Below, piece after piece: positions 17,772 to 27,238 of a DNA stretch of 32,000 bases. The first letter of the stretch is position 1. Every line of letters starts with the position of its first letter. This DNA comes from Candidatus Iainarchaeum sp. (lineage in GTDB: Archaea; Iainarchaeota; Iainarchaeia; Iainarchaeales; CSSED10-239). The stretch is taken from contig JAQVTI010000001.1 in NCBI GenBank assembly GCA_028700115.1, positions 30,001 through 62,000 of the forward strand. Direction: 5' to 3'. A program made the translations under genes and the position numbers. Under the pieces are notes generated by a model. It was not told the origin of the DNA. It did not search any database and saw only the letters and a program-made list of their open reading frames with translations.

Positions 17772-20396
17772 TTAATTTTCTTCTAAAATAGCAGCTTGAG
17801 CTGCAGCAAGTTTTGCAATTGGAACTCTAAAAGGAGAACAACTCACATAGGTTAAGCCCAATTTATGACAGAATTTAACAGATTCAGGCTCTCCTCCATG
17901 CTCACCACAAATTCCAAGTTTTAAATTAGGATTCTTATTTAGTCCTTTTGCAATTGCAATTTGCATAAGTTGACCAACTCCATCTTGATCAATTGATTGG
18001 AAAGGATCTGTTTTATAAATTCCTAAAGAAACATATTGTTTTAAGAATTTACCAGAATCATCTCTTGAAAGCCCAAGACCCATTTGTGTTAAATCATTTG
18101 TACCAAATGAAAAAAATTCAGCATGCTCTGCAATCTTATCAGCTGTAAGTGCAGCTCTTGGAATTTCAATCATTGTTCCAATCTTATATTTAACTTCTTT
18201 TTCTTTCTCTGAAATTACTTCTTTAATAGTTTGTTCAATAATTTCTTTTTGTATTTCAAATTCTTTTGAATTACCAATCAAAGGAACCATAATTTCTGGA
18301 ACTATTTCTTGTCCAAGTTTTTCTGAAGCAATAATTGCAGCTTCAATTATAGCTCTTGTTTGCATCTTTGCAATCTCTGGATAAGTTATTGCAAGTCTAC
18401 AACCTCTATGTCCAAGCATAGGGTTAAATTCATGTAGATCTTCAATTTTTTCTTTTAATTTTTCTAAAGAAACATCCATATCTTTTGAAAGTTCAACTAT
18501 ATCATTTTCTTCTTTTGGTAAAAATTCATGTAAAGGAGGATCAAGTAATCTAATTGTTACAGGTCTATTTCCCATAGCCTCATAAATTCCAACAAAATCT
18601 TCTCTTTGCATAGGTAAAAGTTTATCTAATGCCTTTTGTCTTCCTTCAAGACTTTCAGACAAAATCATTTCTCTTACAGCCTTTATTCTATCTCCTTCAA
18701 AAAACATATGTTCAGTTCTACAAAGCCCAATTCCTTCTGCTCCAAAAGAAACTGCAACCTTTGCATCTTTTGGTGTATCTGCATTTGTTCTAACACCTAA
18801 CTTTCTATATTTATCAGAAAGAGACATAAGTTTTGCAAAAGAACCTTCCAGAGAAGGATTAACAACATCTAATTTACCTTCATAAACAACTCCTAAAGAA
18901 CCATCAATTGTAATAAAGTCTCCTTCTTTAAAAGATTTATCTCCAATAACTAACTTTTCTTGCTTATCATAAACTACAATCTCAGAAGACCCAGAAACAC
19001 ATGGCTTACCCATACCTCTTGCAACAACAGCTGCATGTGAAGTCATTCCTCCTCTTTGTGTTAAAATACCTTCAGCAGCATTCATACCTTTAATATCCTC
19101 AGGAGAAGTCTCTGTTCTTACTAAAATTACTTTATTTCCTTTTTCTTTTTCATCAAAAGCCTTATCTGCATCAAAAACAATTTTTCCAAAAACCGCACCT
19201 GGAGAAGCAGGAAGTCCTCTTGCAAGAACAGTTGCATTTTTAACTGCATTAGGATCTAATGATTTATGAAGTAATTGATCTAAAGATTTAGAATCAATTC
19301 TTAAAATTGCTTCCTTTTCATTAATTAAACCTTCCTCTAACATATCCATTGCAATTTGAACAGCAGCCTTTCCTGTTCTTTTACCATTTCTAGTTTGAAG
19401 CATATATAATTTGCCTTCTTGGATAGTAAATTCCATATCTTGCATATCTCTATAATGATTTTCTAGATTTTTATAAATTTTAACTAACTCATTATATTGC
19501 TCAGGCATTTTTTGTTCAAGAGTAGAAATATCTTCAGGAGTTCTAATTCCTGCAACTACATCTTCTCCTTGTGCATTTATTAGATATTCTCCATAAAATT
19601 TATTTTCACCAGTAGATGGATTTCTAGAAAAACAAACACCAGTTCCTGAAGTTTGCCCCATGTTTCCAAAAACCATAGCTTGAATATTTACAGCAGTTCC
19701 TAAAAGTCCTTCTATTTTATTTAACTTCCTATATTCAATTGCTCTTTTATTATTCCAAGATTTAAAAACTACATTTATAGAAAGTTCTAATTGCTTAAAT
19801 GGATCTTGTGGAAATTCTTTTCCTGTTTCTTTTAAAATAATTTTTTTATATCTATTTACTAATTCTTTTAGATTCTCAGCAGATAAATCAGTATCAAATT
19901 TTACATTATTTTCTTTTTTTATATTGTCTAAAGCTTCTTCAAATAAAGAATGCTTAACACCCATATCCACATCTCCAAACATTTGGATAAATCTTCTATA
20001 TGAATCATATGCAAATCTTTCATTTCCTGACTTTTTAGAAAGAGCTAAAACTGTTTTATCATTTAGTCCTAAGTTTAAAACAGTATCCATCATTCCAGGC
20101 ATAGAAACCGCTGCACCACTTCTTACAGATAAAAGTAAAGGATTTTCTTCTCCTCCAAAAAAAGTTTGGGTTTCTTGTTCAATTTTTTTTAAATTTTCTT
20201 TAATATCATTTTCTAAAGTTTCTGGCCAACTATTATTTTTAATATAAAAATCACAAGTTTGTGTTGTAATTGTAAATGCTGGAGGAACTGGAACATCTAG
20301 ATTTTTCATTTCAGCTATATTTGCACCTTTTCCACCTAAAATTTCTTTCATACTCTTATTACCTTCAGTAAAGTAATACACATATTTTTCATTCAT
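17772..20396 (-). CDS. ppdK: pyruvate, phosphate dikinase
   Basis: GGKGANIAEMK, SGAAVSMPGMMDTVLNLGLND, GGMTSHAAVVARGMGKPCVSG, GLCRTEHMFF, SFGTNDLTQMGLGLSRDD, LGICGEHGG. GGTGA ribosome-binding site precedes the ATG. Confidence 0.97.
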   Translation of the reverse strand: MNEKYVYYFTEGNKSMKEILGGKGANIAEMKNLDVPVPPAFTITTQTCDFYIKNNSWPETLENDIKENLKKIEQETQTFFGGEENPLLLSVRSGAAVSMPGMMDTVLNLGLNDKTVLALSKKSGNERFAYDSYRRFIQMFGDVDMGVKHSLFEEALDNIKKENNVKFDTDLSAENLKELVNRYKKIILKETGKEFPQDPFKQLELSINVVFKSWNNKRAIEYRKLNKIEGLLGTAVNIQAMVFGNMGQTSGTGVCFSRNPSTGENKFYGEYLINAQGEDVVAGIRTPEDISTLEQKMPEQYNELVKIYKNLENHYRDMQDMEFTIQEGKLYMLQTRNGKRTGKAAVQIAMDMLEEGLINEKEAILRIDSKSLDQLLHKSLDPNAVKNATVLARGLPASPGAVFGKIVFDADKAFDEKEKGNKVILVRTETSPEDIKGMNAAEGILTQRGGMTSHAAVVARGMGKPCVSGSSEIVVYDKQEKLVIGDKSFKEGDFITIDGSLGVVYEGKLDVVNPSLEGSFAKLMSLSDKYRKLGVRTNADTPKDAKVAVSFGAEGIGLCRTEHMFFEGDRIKAVREMILSESLEGRQKALDKLLPMQREDFVGIYEAMGNRPVTIRLLDPPLHEFLPKEENDIVELSKDMDVSLEKLKEKIEDLHEFNPMLGHRGCRLAITYPEIAKMQTRAIIEAAIIASEKLGQEIVPEIMVPLIGNSKEFEIQKEIIEQTIKEVISEKEKEVKYKIGTMIEIPRAALTADKIAEHAEFFSFGTNDLTQMGLGLSRDDSGKFLKQYVSLGIYKTDPFQSIDQDGVGQLMQIAIAKGLNKNPNLKLGICGEHGGEPESVKFCHKLGLTYVSCSPFRVPIAKLAAAQAAILEEN

Positions 20397-20539
20397 TGTA
20401 TTTCACCAAATTTATATATTTTTTAAAAAAATTTTTTTAGAATAAAACTAGTAATTAATAATAAATATATAAATATTTATAAAATAAACATATAAATATT
20501 TATAAAATCATATAAATAAAAAAAATAAAAAAAATGATT

Positions 20540-21184
20540 TTAATGAATAAAAACATCTTCAATTATAATATCTTCAACAGGCCAGTCTTGATGACCATCT
20601 TTTGAAGTAGTCTCTGCATTTTCAATTTGCATAACTACATCCATTCCAGAAACAACTTTTCCAAAAACAGCATAACCTGGATTTTTAGAATCTTTAAAAT
20701 CTAAAAAATCATTATCTACTGTGTTTATAAAAAATTGTGAAGTAGCTGAGTTTGGATCAGGTGTTCTTGCCATTGCAATTGTTCCTTTTTTATTACTAAG
20801 TCCAGTAGCTTGAGTTGTTTCTAGTAGTATAGGATCAAAATTATCTTTTTTTGTACCATCACTAAAAAAACCACCACCTTGAATCATAAAATCTTTAATT
20901 ACTCTATGAAATATTGTTTCATCATAAAAACCTACCTTTACATATTCTAAAAAATTAAAAACTGTAACAGGTGCATTTTTATCAAAAAGTTCAACTTCAA
21001 TATCTCCTTTATTTGTTCTAATTGTAACAAAAGTATTTTCACTTTCATTAACATCTAAACTTTTATTTTCATCCATATTTGTTCCCTCTATATCTTTACT
21101 TGTAGTTATTTTAAATATTGCAAAAATAATTGCAAGAACTAAAATAACACATAAAACATAAATTATAATTTTTGTAGTCTTCAT
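20540..21184 (-). CDS. membrane-anchored or secreted cyclophilin-type peptidyl-prolyl isomerase
   Basis: N-terminal TM/signal helix, then FHRVIKDFMIQGG, GTIAMARTPDPNSATSQFFINTVDN, GYAVFGKVVSGMDVV. Confidence 0.93.
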   Translation of the reverse strand: MKTTKIIIYVLCVILVLAIIFAIFKITTSKDIEGTNMDENKSLDVNESENTFVTIRTNKGDIEVELFDKNAPVTVFNFLEYVKVGFYDETIFHRVIKDFMIQGGGFFSDGTKKDNFDPILLETTQATGLSNKKGTIAMARTPDPNSATSQFFINTVDNDFLDFKDSKNPGYAVFGKVVSGMDVVMQIENAETTSKDGHQDWPVEDIIIEDVFIH

Positions 21185-21299
21185 TAAAAATCACTTTTTT
21201 TAATATATTATAATATATATAATTTAGAATGAAAATATATAAATAAACTCTTATTTTTATAAAAAATTACTAGTTTTATTCATATGAATTAAAATACAT

Positions 21300-22004
21300 A
21301 TGTTTAAATCTCCTTTTATGTATATAATATTTATGGATGAAAAAATAAATTTTGGAAAAGTTATCTTAAAAATCAAAAAAGGAAAACATTTTCTTCTAAA
21401 AATAGATAAAAGACTATTTTATAGACCAGGACAATACATTGATATTTATGAAATAAATGAAAGAAAAAAGATATTAGATAAAAGAGCATTTACTTTAGCA
21501 CAAAAAACAAATGAATATGAAACAGAAATTTATATTAGTCAAGTAGATAAAGGAAAATTCTCAAACATGCTTTCTAAACTAGAAGTTGGGGACACAATTT
21601 ATTTTTCAGATCCAGAAGGACTTTGCATACATCAAAGAACAAATAAAAATAAAATTATAATGATTGCTCTAGGAAGTGGAATTTCTACTTATAGATCTTA
21701 TATTTATAATCATATAGACAATAAAGACTTAGAATTTAATTTATTTTATGCAAACAAACATGAAGAAGATTTCTTTTTTAAACAAGACTTTTTAGAATTA
21801 GAAGAATATAAAAATAATTTTAAATTTTATCCAGTAGTTACTGAAGAAAAAAATTTATTTAAAGAAATGGATTTATTTCTATCTAAATATAAAAATTTAG
21901 AAGAATATGACATTTTAGTTTCTGGACCAATGAAGGCTAATCAAAAAATTATTGAGTTTTTAGAAAATAAAAAAATAAAAGCAGAAAATATCCTAATAGA
22001 CTAA
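21300..22004 (+). CDS. ferredoxin-NADP+ reductase-like FAD/NAD-binding protein; start may be the Met at 21333 (MDEKINFGKV)
   Basis: FAD motif RPGQYIDI...RAFTLA, MLSKLEVGDTIYFSDPEG, nucleotide-binding-like MIALGSGIST, C-terminal ILVSGPMK. Confidence 0.75.
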   Translation: MFKSPFMYIIFMDEKINFGKVILKIKKGKHFLLKIDKRLFYRPGQYIDIYEINERKKILDKRAFTLAQKTNEYETEIYISQVDKGKFSNMLSKLEVGDTIYFSDPEGLCIHQRTNKNKIIMIALGSGISTYRSYIYNHIDNKDLEFNLFYANKHEEDFFFKQDFLELEEYKNNFKFYPVVTEEKNLFKEMDLFLSKYKNLEEYDILVSGPMKANQKIIEFLENKKIKAENILID

Positions 22005-22025
22005 AGATATTTATTTTTTAAAAAA

Positions 22026-22637
22026 TTAATTTATTGTACAAACTCCACCATTACAAGTATAACTTGTTCCTAAAGCAGAAGAACTTAAATAAGGATTTGG
22101 CATTTCTATACCCACTTCAAATAAATTTACTTCAGATGAAGCAGTTTGTTTTTTCACAAAAATATCTAAATCATAAGATCTACAATCCCCAATATCTGAA
22201 ACATCAATTGGACCTATAAAAAAACCATTTTCAAATAAACTTATAACTTCAGAATTATCAAAATAATAATTAACTCCATTAAAAACAGTATACTCTTCAG
22301 AAGTTACACTTGAATCAACCCCACAACCTTGATAAATATTTGCACCAATAAAAATTGCAGTCCCCCCATGTGCTTTATAAGTAATTCTACAACATTTATC
22401 TTCTGAAAAATTTAATTGATTTAATTCTTCTTCGGAACTTAAAGTAGAATTCCCTTGAGTGTTTATTGTATTTGTATTTAAACCACAATTTACAGAACAA
22501 ATAGTAGAATCATTAAATGAAATATCTCCTGTAACTTTTAAAACAATTGGTGCATCAAAATCTGTTATTGCAAAAACTGTTCCAAAACTTAAAATAAAAC
22601 TAAAAACAAAAAATATATTAAAAATTTTAAAATTCAC
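22026..22637 (-). CDS. secreted Cys-containing hypothetical protein, 203 aa
   Basis: N-terminal signal peptide (IFFVFSFILSFGTVFA). GGTGA ribosome-binding site in AAGGTGATTTTGTG-ATG. Confidence 0.65.
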   Translation of the reverse strand: MNFKIFNIFFVFSFILSFGTVFAITDFDAPIVLKVTGDISFNDSTICSVNCGLNTNTINTQGNSTLSSEEELNQLNFSEDKCCRITYKAHGGTAIFIGANIYQGCGVDSSVTSEEYTVFNGVNYYFDNSEVISLFENGFFIGPIDVSDIGDCRSYDLDIFVKKQTASSEVNLFEVGIEMPNPYLSSSALGTSYTCNGGVCTIN

Positions 22638-22657
22638 AAAATCACCTTATAAAACAT

Positions 22658-22695
22658 ATATATTTAATATTTATTAAGAAATAGTTTATAAAGGT
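22658..22695 (-). promoter_or_regulatory. promoter/5'UTR element, copy 1 of an identical 38-bp sequence, containing TATA box TTTATAAA
   Basis: ACCTTTATAAACTATTTCTTAATAAATATTAAATATAT on the minus strand, 20 nt upstream of the 22637 start codon. Confidence 0.75.
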
Positions 22696-22705
22696 ATAGT
22701 ATATA

Positions 22706-25087
22706 TTATTCCTCTATATAATTAAAATCATAAGAAACTTCTTCCTTACAAAAATAAACATAAATAAAATCATATTTAGATTGACCATATTCATCTTCAA
22801 CTGTAAGTTTAATTTTTCTTTTATCACAAATATTTATTTCAAAAAGATCTTTTAAAATTCTTTTTCCATATAATAAATCTAAAACTTTATTTTCTTTAGA
22901 AAAATTAATTGGATTTAAAAAAATATTTTTTAAATTTTCATTTTTAAATTTATTAAAAACCCCAAAATTAAAATCAAAATAAGGATTTTGAATTATAAAA
23001 TTACAATCAGAACTTAAAAAAATATCTGAATAAGTTTCTTCCCAAACACAAGTAGTCTCCCCAATATTATTTATAAAAGAAGAAGTAAAAATTATAGGTT
23101 TTTTGTATGCATGATAAATTTTATTTTCTGGAGTTAAAATATCTACATCAAGATATTTCATTTTTATATATAACTCATCACTTGAAACTCTACCTTCTTC
23201 ATCTTCTCCTATAAGTGTAATTAAATGATTTCCAGGCATAATATTTAATTCTTGTGGGGTTGCAGAAAAATTACATTCAGAACTTAAAATAATTTGTTCT
23301 TTTTTATTTTCATCATAATCTTGTATCCATTCACAAATTACTTCCCCAGTAGGATCTTGATGATCTGAAATAAAATTAATTATATCTTCTTGATTATATT
23401 GAGTATTTGCAATAGGAGAAGAAATTGTTGCTAGATAAGGAACTCTACTTTGTAGATATGCAGTAATATATTCACCGCTTTCACTTAAAGCTTCAACTAC
23501 AACTTCAGTATCTTGTAAATTATTATAAGTGTGAGATGTTGTATCAAAAGTATAATCTAAAGGTAATCTTTGTAAATTATCATATTTACCATAAGGACTT
23601 ATTCCAAAAATTACATCATATTCAGTTGTATATAATGATGGAAGTCCATATCCTGTACTATTAATATCATACATTGTATTTGTTTCAAATCTTAATCCAG
23701 GATGATTTAATGTATCATCATAAGGTATACCATCAGGGTCATAAGTAATTGCATTATAAGGATACCAATATTCTATTTGATTTTCATCTACATGATAAAT
23801 AACAATACCCCCATAATAATTAGGATAATCTGGACTTCTAGATCCAAATAAATATTTATCTTGTGTATTATTTGAAGCAAATCTATTTTCTACTAAAAAA
23901 TATTCTCGATCATTCATCTTAGTTTCATCTTTTAAAACATAAGCTATTTGATATTGATCTTGATTATAAACATCATAAATACCAGCATCTTGAGAATCAA
24001 TTTCTTCAGCTTCTAACCAACCTAAAAACATTTTAGACCATGAATCAAAATTTATAGGATTATTCCCATAACCATAATTATTAGACATCATAGAAACACT
24101 ACCAAGCCCCACACCACCATTTCCTTGATTAAAAGGATCATGTGCATATAAATCTGGAAGACCTAAAATATGTGCAAACTCATGAGTAAAAGGAATAACT
24201 TCTGCTCTACAGTCTTCAGGATGATTTTGATCTTCAATCATATATTGACAATGAGTTGAATTTATCTTATTTGAAATAATAGCTGTATTCCCATAATAAA
24301 GCCCTTGAACAGAATAATTTGTAGTTCCATTAAAAAGTCTTACTTGGTCAGCAAACAAACCAAATCCTTCTTTTGTTCCTGATCTAATTATACCTATACC
24401 ATCTATTCTACCATCATTATCAGAATCATATTGACTAAAATCAACTAAGGAGTCCATAATTTCAATAGTATCTGGAATTAATTCAAATACAGTTGCACTT
24501 GTTTGGGAATAATATTCATAAGTATGAGGTAATAACACCCAATCATAAACATCAAATGTAAGATTTAAATCCCCATAAGATTCATGTAAATAATATTGGT
24601 TTACACTTATTCCAGAACCATCTAAATAGTTTTCAGAATTTAAAAGTGCCTCAAAATCTGAAGGAGTTATTTCTAAATCATGTGGTTTATCAGAAAATTC
24701 AACCATAAAAATAGGAAACCTTACATTTCCTTCTAAAGGTGAAGTCCCCCAAACATTTTCAACTGTAGTTACAATTGTATCTTTATTTCTAGGAATTACT
24801 TTTTTTAAATCAGAAATAACTTCTTGCATAGAACAATAATCTGGAGTATATGAAATATCTCCAAAAACTAAAGGTTGACAAAAATTATTATCTATATATA
24901 TATTTTCTTGTGAGATTTCAAAAATATTAGAATTATCTAAATTAATAGTGATATTTGGATTAATATTTACAATATTATTATTTTCTTCAGAAATATTTAT
25001 TTGTTGTACATTATAAGCATAAAGATAGTTAGAAAATAAAAAAAAACTTATAATTAAAATAATATAAAAAATATAATATTTTTTCAT
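22706..25087 (-). CDS. secreted M6-like (immune inhibitor A-type) metalloprotease with C-terminal Ig-like modules
   Basis: Signal peptide, HEFAHILGLPDLY zinc-binding site, GSVSMMSNNYGYGN, GNTAIISNKINS, two Ig-like repeats in the C-terminal region. Confidence 0.85.
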   Translation of the reverse strand: MKKYYIFYIILIISFFLFSNYLYAYNVQQINISEENNNIVNINPNITINLDNSNIFEISQENIYIDNNFCQPLVFGDISYTPDYCSMQEVISDLKKVIPRNKDTIVTTVENVWGTSPLEGNVRFPIFMVEFSDKPHDLEITPSDFEALLNSENYLDGSGISVNQYYLHESYGDLNLTFDVYDWVLLPHTYEYYSQTSATVFELIPDTIEIMDSLVDFSQYDSDNDGRIDGIGIIRSGTKEGFGLFADQVRLFNGTTNYSVQGLYYGNTAIISNKINSTHCQYMIEDQNHPEDCRAEVIPFTHEFAHILGLPDLYAHDPFNQGNGGVGLGSVSMMSNNYGYGNNPINFDSWSKMFLGWLEAEEIDSQDAGIYDVYNQDQYQIAYVLKDETKMNDREYFLVENRFASNNTQDKYLFGSRSPDYPNYYGGIVIYHVDENQIEYWYPYNAITYDPDGIPYDDTLNHPGLRFETNTMYDINSTGYGLPSLYTTEYDVIFGISPYGKYDNLQRLPLDYTFDTTSHTYNNLQDTEVVVEALSESGEYITAYLQSRVPYLATISSPIANTQYNQEDIINFISDHQDPTGEVICEWIQDYDENKKEQIILSSECNFSATPQELNIMPGNHLITLIGEDEEGRVSSDELYIKMKYLDVDILTPENKIYHAYKKPIIFTSSFINNIGETTCVWEETYSDIFLSSDCNFIIQNPYFDFNFGVFNKFKNENLKNIFLNPINFSKENKVLDLLYGKRILKDLFEINICDKRKIKLTVEDEYGQSKYDFIYVYFCKEEVSYDFNYIEE

Positions 25088-25174
25088 ATATATATAAATA
25101 AATAGAAGTATATAAACTTTACTACTTAACTAAACTAAGTGAAATAAATAAAAATAAAAAAACCTTAAAAAAAT

Positions 25175-26872
25175 CTAAGGTGTTGTTTTTCCAATAAATA
25201 CACATAAACTACCATTTGTATTTGTTACACAACTAGGAGATAAACTATATCTTTCAAAAATATCTGGATGATTTATATAAACTTTTAGAGAACCATAAGA
25301 AGAAATATCTTCTCCTTCTAATTTATTTATACATACATAAATTTCTCCATTAGAGTTTATAACTTTTTTACAAAACGCATAATTTGGAGTAATATTATTA
25401 GATATATCCCAAGTAGATATTTCAAAATCAGGATCCCCAACAGATGGTGTTCCAGTAAATTCAAATTTATAAATTCCTTCTGAATTACAATTAAATTGAT
25501 ATGTGTGATCTCCAGAACTTACATCCCCTAAACTATAAGATGAATTACAACTATTTCCTACTAAACAACAATTATTTGTTGGATTCGAAGTAATTGAATT
25601 AATAACATTTAAATTTAAATTATAAGTATCAACACCTTCTCCATTAACAGTAATTAAAAAATTATTATTAAGTAAAGCAGAACTATTTAATGGATTCACA
25701 CTTAATTCAAAACTAAAAATACCCCCATTATCACAATCAATATTACAAATACCTTCTTCTCCAAAATTACAAACCCCATCTCCACAACATGGTGAACAAT
25801 TAAGTGCATATGGGTCATTATGACAAATAGAACAATAAGATATAGAACTTTGACAAATATCATTAGTAATATTTAAACAAGCTAAAAGACCACAATCATC
25901 TGGACAAGTCCCATTTGCTCTTTCTAAATCATCACAAACTAAATCCCCACAACTACAATCTTCTAAACAATTAGAATAATTTTCTCCATCTTCACAAATT
26001 GCATTCCCACAACATATACCAGTAATATTTCTTATATCACAAACACCTGTTGTTTGACCACTTATAATTTTACAATATGCTTCTTGACAATCACCTAATT
26101 CAGAACCTAAACTAATACAATCAGAATTATTTTGACAAGTATTATCAAAAGGCCTACAATCCCCACCCAAACAATATCCATCTTCTGAAGGATCTGATTT
26201 AATTATACAATATGTTCCATCTACTAATTTTTTTTCTACACATCTACCCTCTTCACAATTCCATTTATAACAAGGATTAGGAACACCAAAATCATTTAAA
26301 CAATCAGATGGTTGAACACAATCAAAATCAGAAACACATTCTCCATCTATACAAACCCCAAAAGAACAAGAAACTCCATTTGTTAAATTTTTTTCAACAC
26401 AAGTTCCTTCAATAGAACATTCATAAATAGTACAGTCATTAGAAGTATCTCCACATTGATTAAATTCCAAATAAGGATTACATTCAGAACTATTAGCTAC
26501 ACAAACCCCATTTACACAAGTTCCAGGATTATTTAAAGAAGTTGTACAATTACCAGAAGTTAATAAAGTCCCAACACAATTTCCATTTTCATTACAATAA
26601 TCTAATATACATTCATTATCTTCATGTATAGAACAATCATCATTAGAATCACATTCAAAATCATCATAATTAGGAGTACCCATATCACCAGTATCATTTA
26701 GAAAATCAGAAAAAGAATTTGAAGTACTACTAATATCTGTTGCTTCTTGTGTTTTTTTATTAATATTATTTAAATAAAAACTCCCAAGAATAATACCTCC
26801 AATTATTAAAATCCCTAAAATTATTAAAACTTCAATAGAAACTTGCCCTTTTAATTTAATTTTTTTTTTCAA
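25175..26872 (-). CDS. type IV pilin-like class III signal peptide protein with extended Cys-rich repeats; TTG start
   Basis: N terminus KKKIKLKGQVSIEVLIILGILIIGGIILG (GQxSxE motif). Cys repeats CCGNAICEDGENYSNCLEDC, CGDLVCDDLERANGTCPDDC, CCGDGVCNFGEEGICNIDC. The start codon is TTG preceded by GGTGAG. Confidence 0.8.
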   Translation of the reverse strand: MKKKIKLKGQVSIEVLIILGILIIGGIILGSFYLNNINKKTQEATDISSTSNSFSDFLNDTGDMGTPNYDDFECDSNDDCSIHEDNECILDYCNENGNCVGTLLTSGNCTTSLNNPGTCVNGVCVANSSECNPYLEFNQCGDTSNDCTIYECSIEGTCVEKNLTNGVSCSFGVCIDGECVSDFDCVQPSDCLNDFGVPNPCYKWNCEEGRCVEKKLVDGTYCIIKSDPSEDGYCLGGDCRPFDNTCQNNSDCISLGSELGDCQEAYCKIISGQTTGVCDIRNITGICCGNAICEDGENYSNCLEDCSCGDLVCDDLERANGTCPDDCGLLACLNITNDICQSSISYCSICHNDPYALNCSPCCGDGVCNFGEEGICNIDCDNGGIFSFELSVNPLNSSALLNNNFLITVNGEGVDTYNLNLNVINSITSNPTNNCCLVGNSCNSSYSLGDVSSGDHTYQFNCNSEGIYKFEFTGTPSVGDPDFEISTWDISNNITPNYAFCKKVINSNGEIYVCINKLEGEDISSYGSLKVYINHPDIFERYSLSPSCVTNTNGSLCVFIGKTTP

Positions 26873-26896
26873 AATAACTCACCAAAAATATATAAA

Positions 26897-26934
26897 ATAT
26901 ATTTAATATTTATTAAGAAATAGTTTATAAAGGT
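26897..26934 (-). promoter_or_regulatory. promoter/5'UTR element, copy 2 of the identical 38-bp sequence
   Basis: Exactly identical to 22658-22695, 24 nt upstream of the TTG start at 26872. Confidence 0.75.
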
Positions 26935-27074
26935 TACATAAATTTTAAAAAATATACAAATAGACTAAGATATTTATTTATCTACAAATTAAAAATATTA
27001 TTCTAATTAATTAAATATATTTATATACCTTAAATTATTTTAATTTATTTTTAGTAAAAAAGCAAAAACATATT

Positions 27075-27161
27075 TTGATTAAAAATATATACAAATATTT
27101 GATTAAAAATATATACAAATATTTGATTAAAAATATATACAAATATTTGATTAAAAATATA
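27075..27161. repeat. tandem repeat, about 3.6 copies of 24-bp TTGATTAAAAATATATACAAATAT
   Basis: Three perfect copies (27075-27098, 27099-27122, 27123-27146) plus 15 bp of a fourth. Confidence 0.95.
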
Positions 27162-27238
27162 ATTAAATAATAAATAAAAAAAAATATTAAAAATCAAAAA
27201 AACATTTTTTTTGACTTAAAATATAAGATTTAAAAAAA

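Noticed and set aside
19924-20247. 107-aa plus-strand ORF
   Set aside because: Antisense to conserved ppdK motifs.
22034-22677. Two plus-strand ORFs (22034..22219 and 22459..22677)
   Set aside because: Antisense to the secreted Cys protein gene and its promoter; no SD or homology.
27075-27161. Possible CRISPR array
   Set aside because: The 24-bp units are directly abutting with no spacers, and no cas gene is nearby; a simple tandem repeat.
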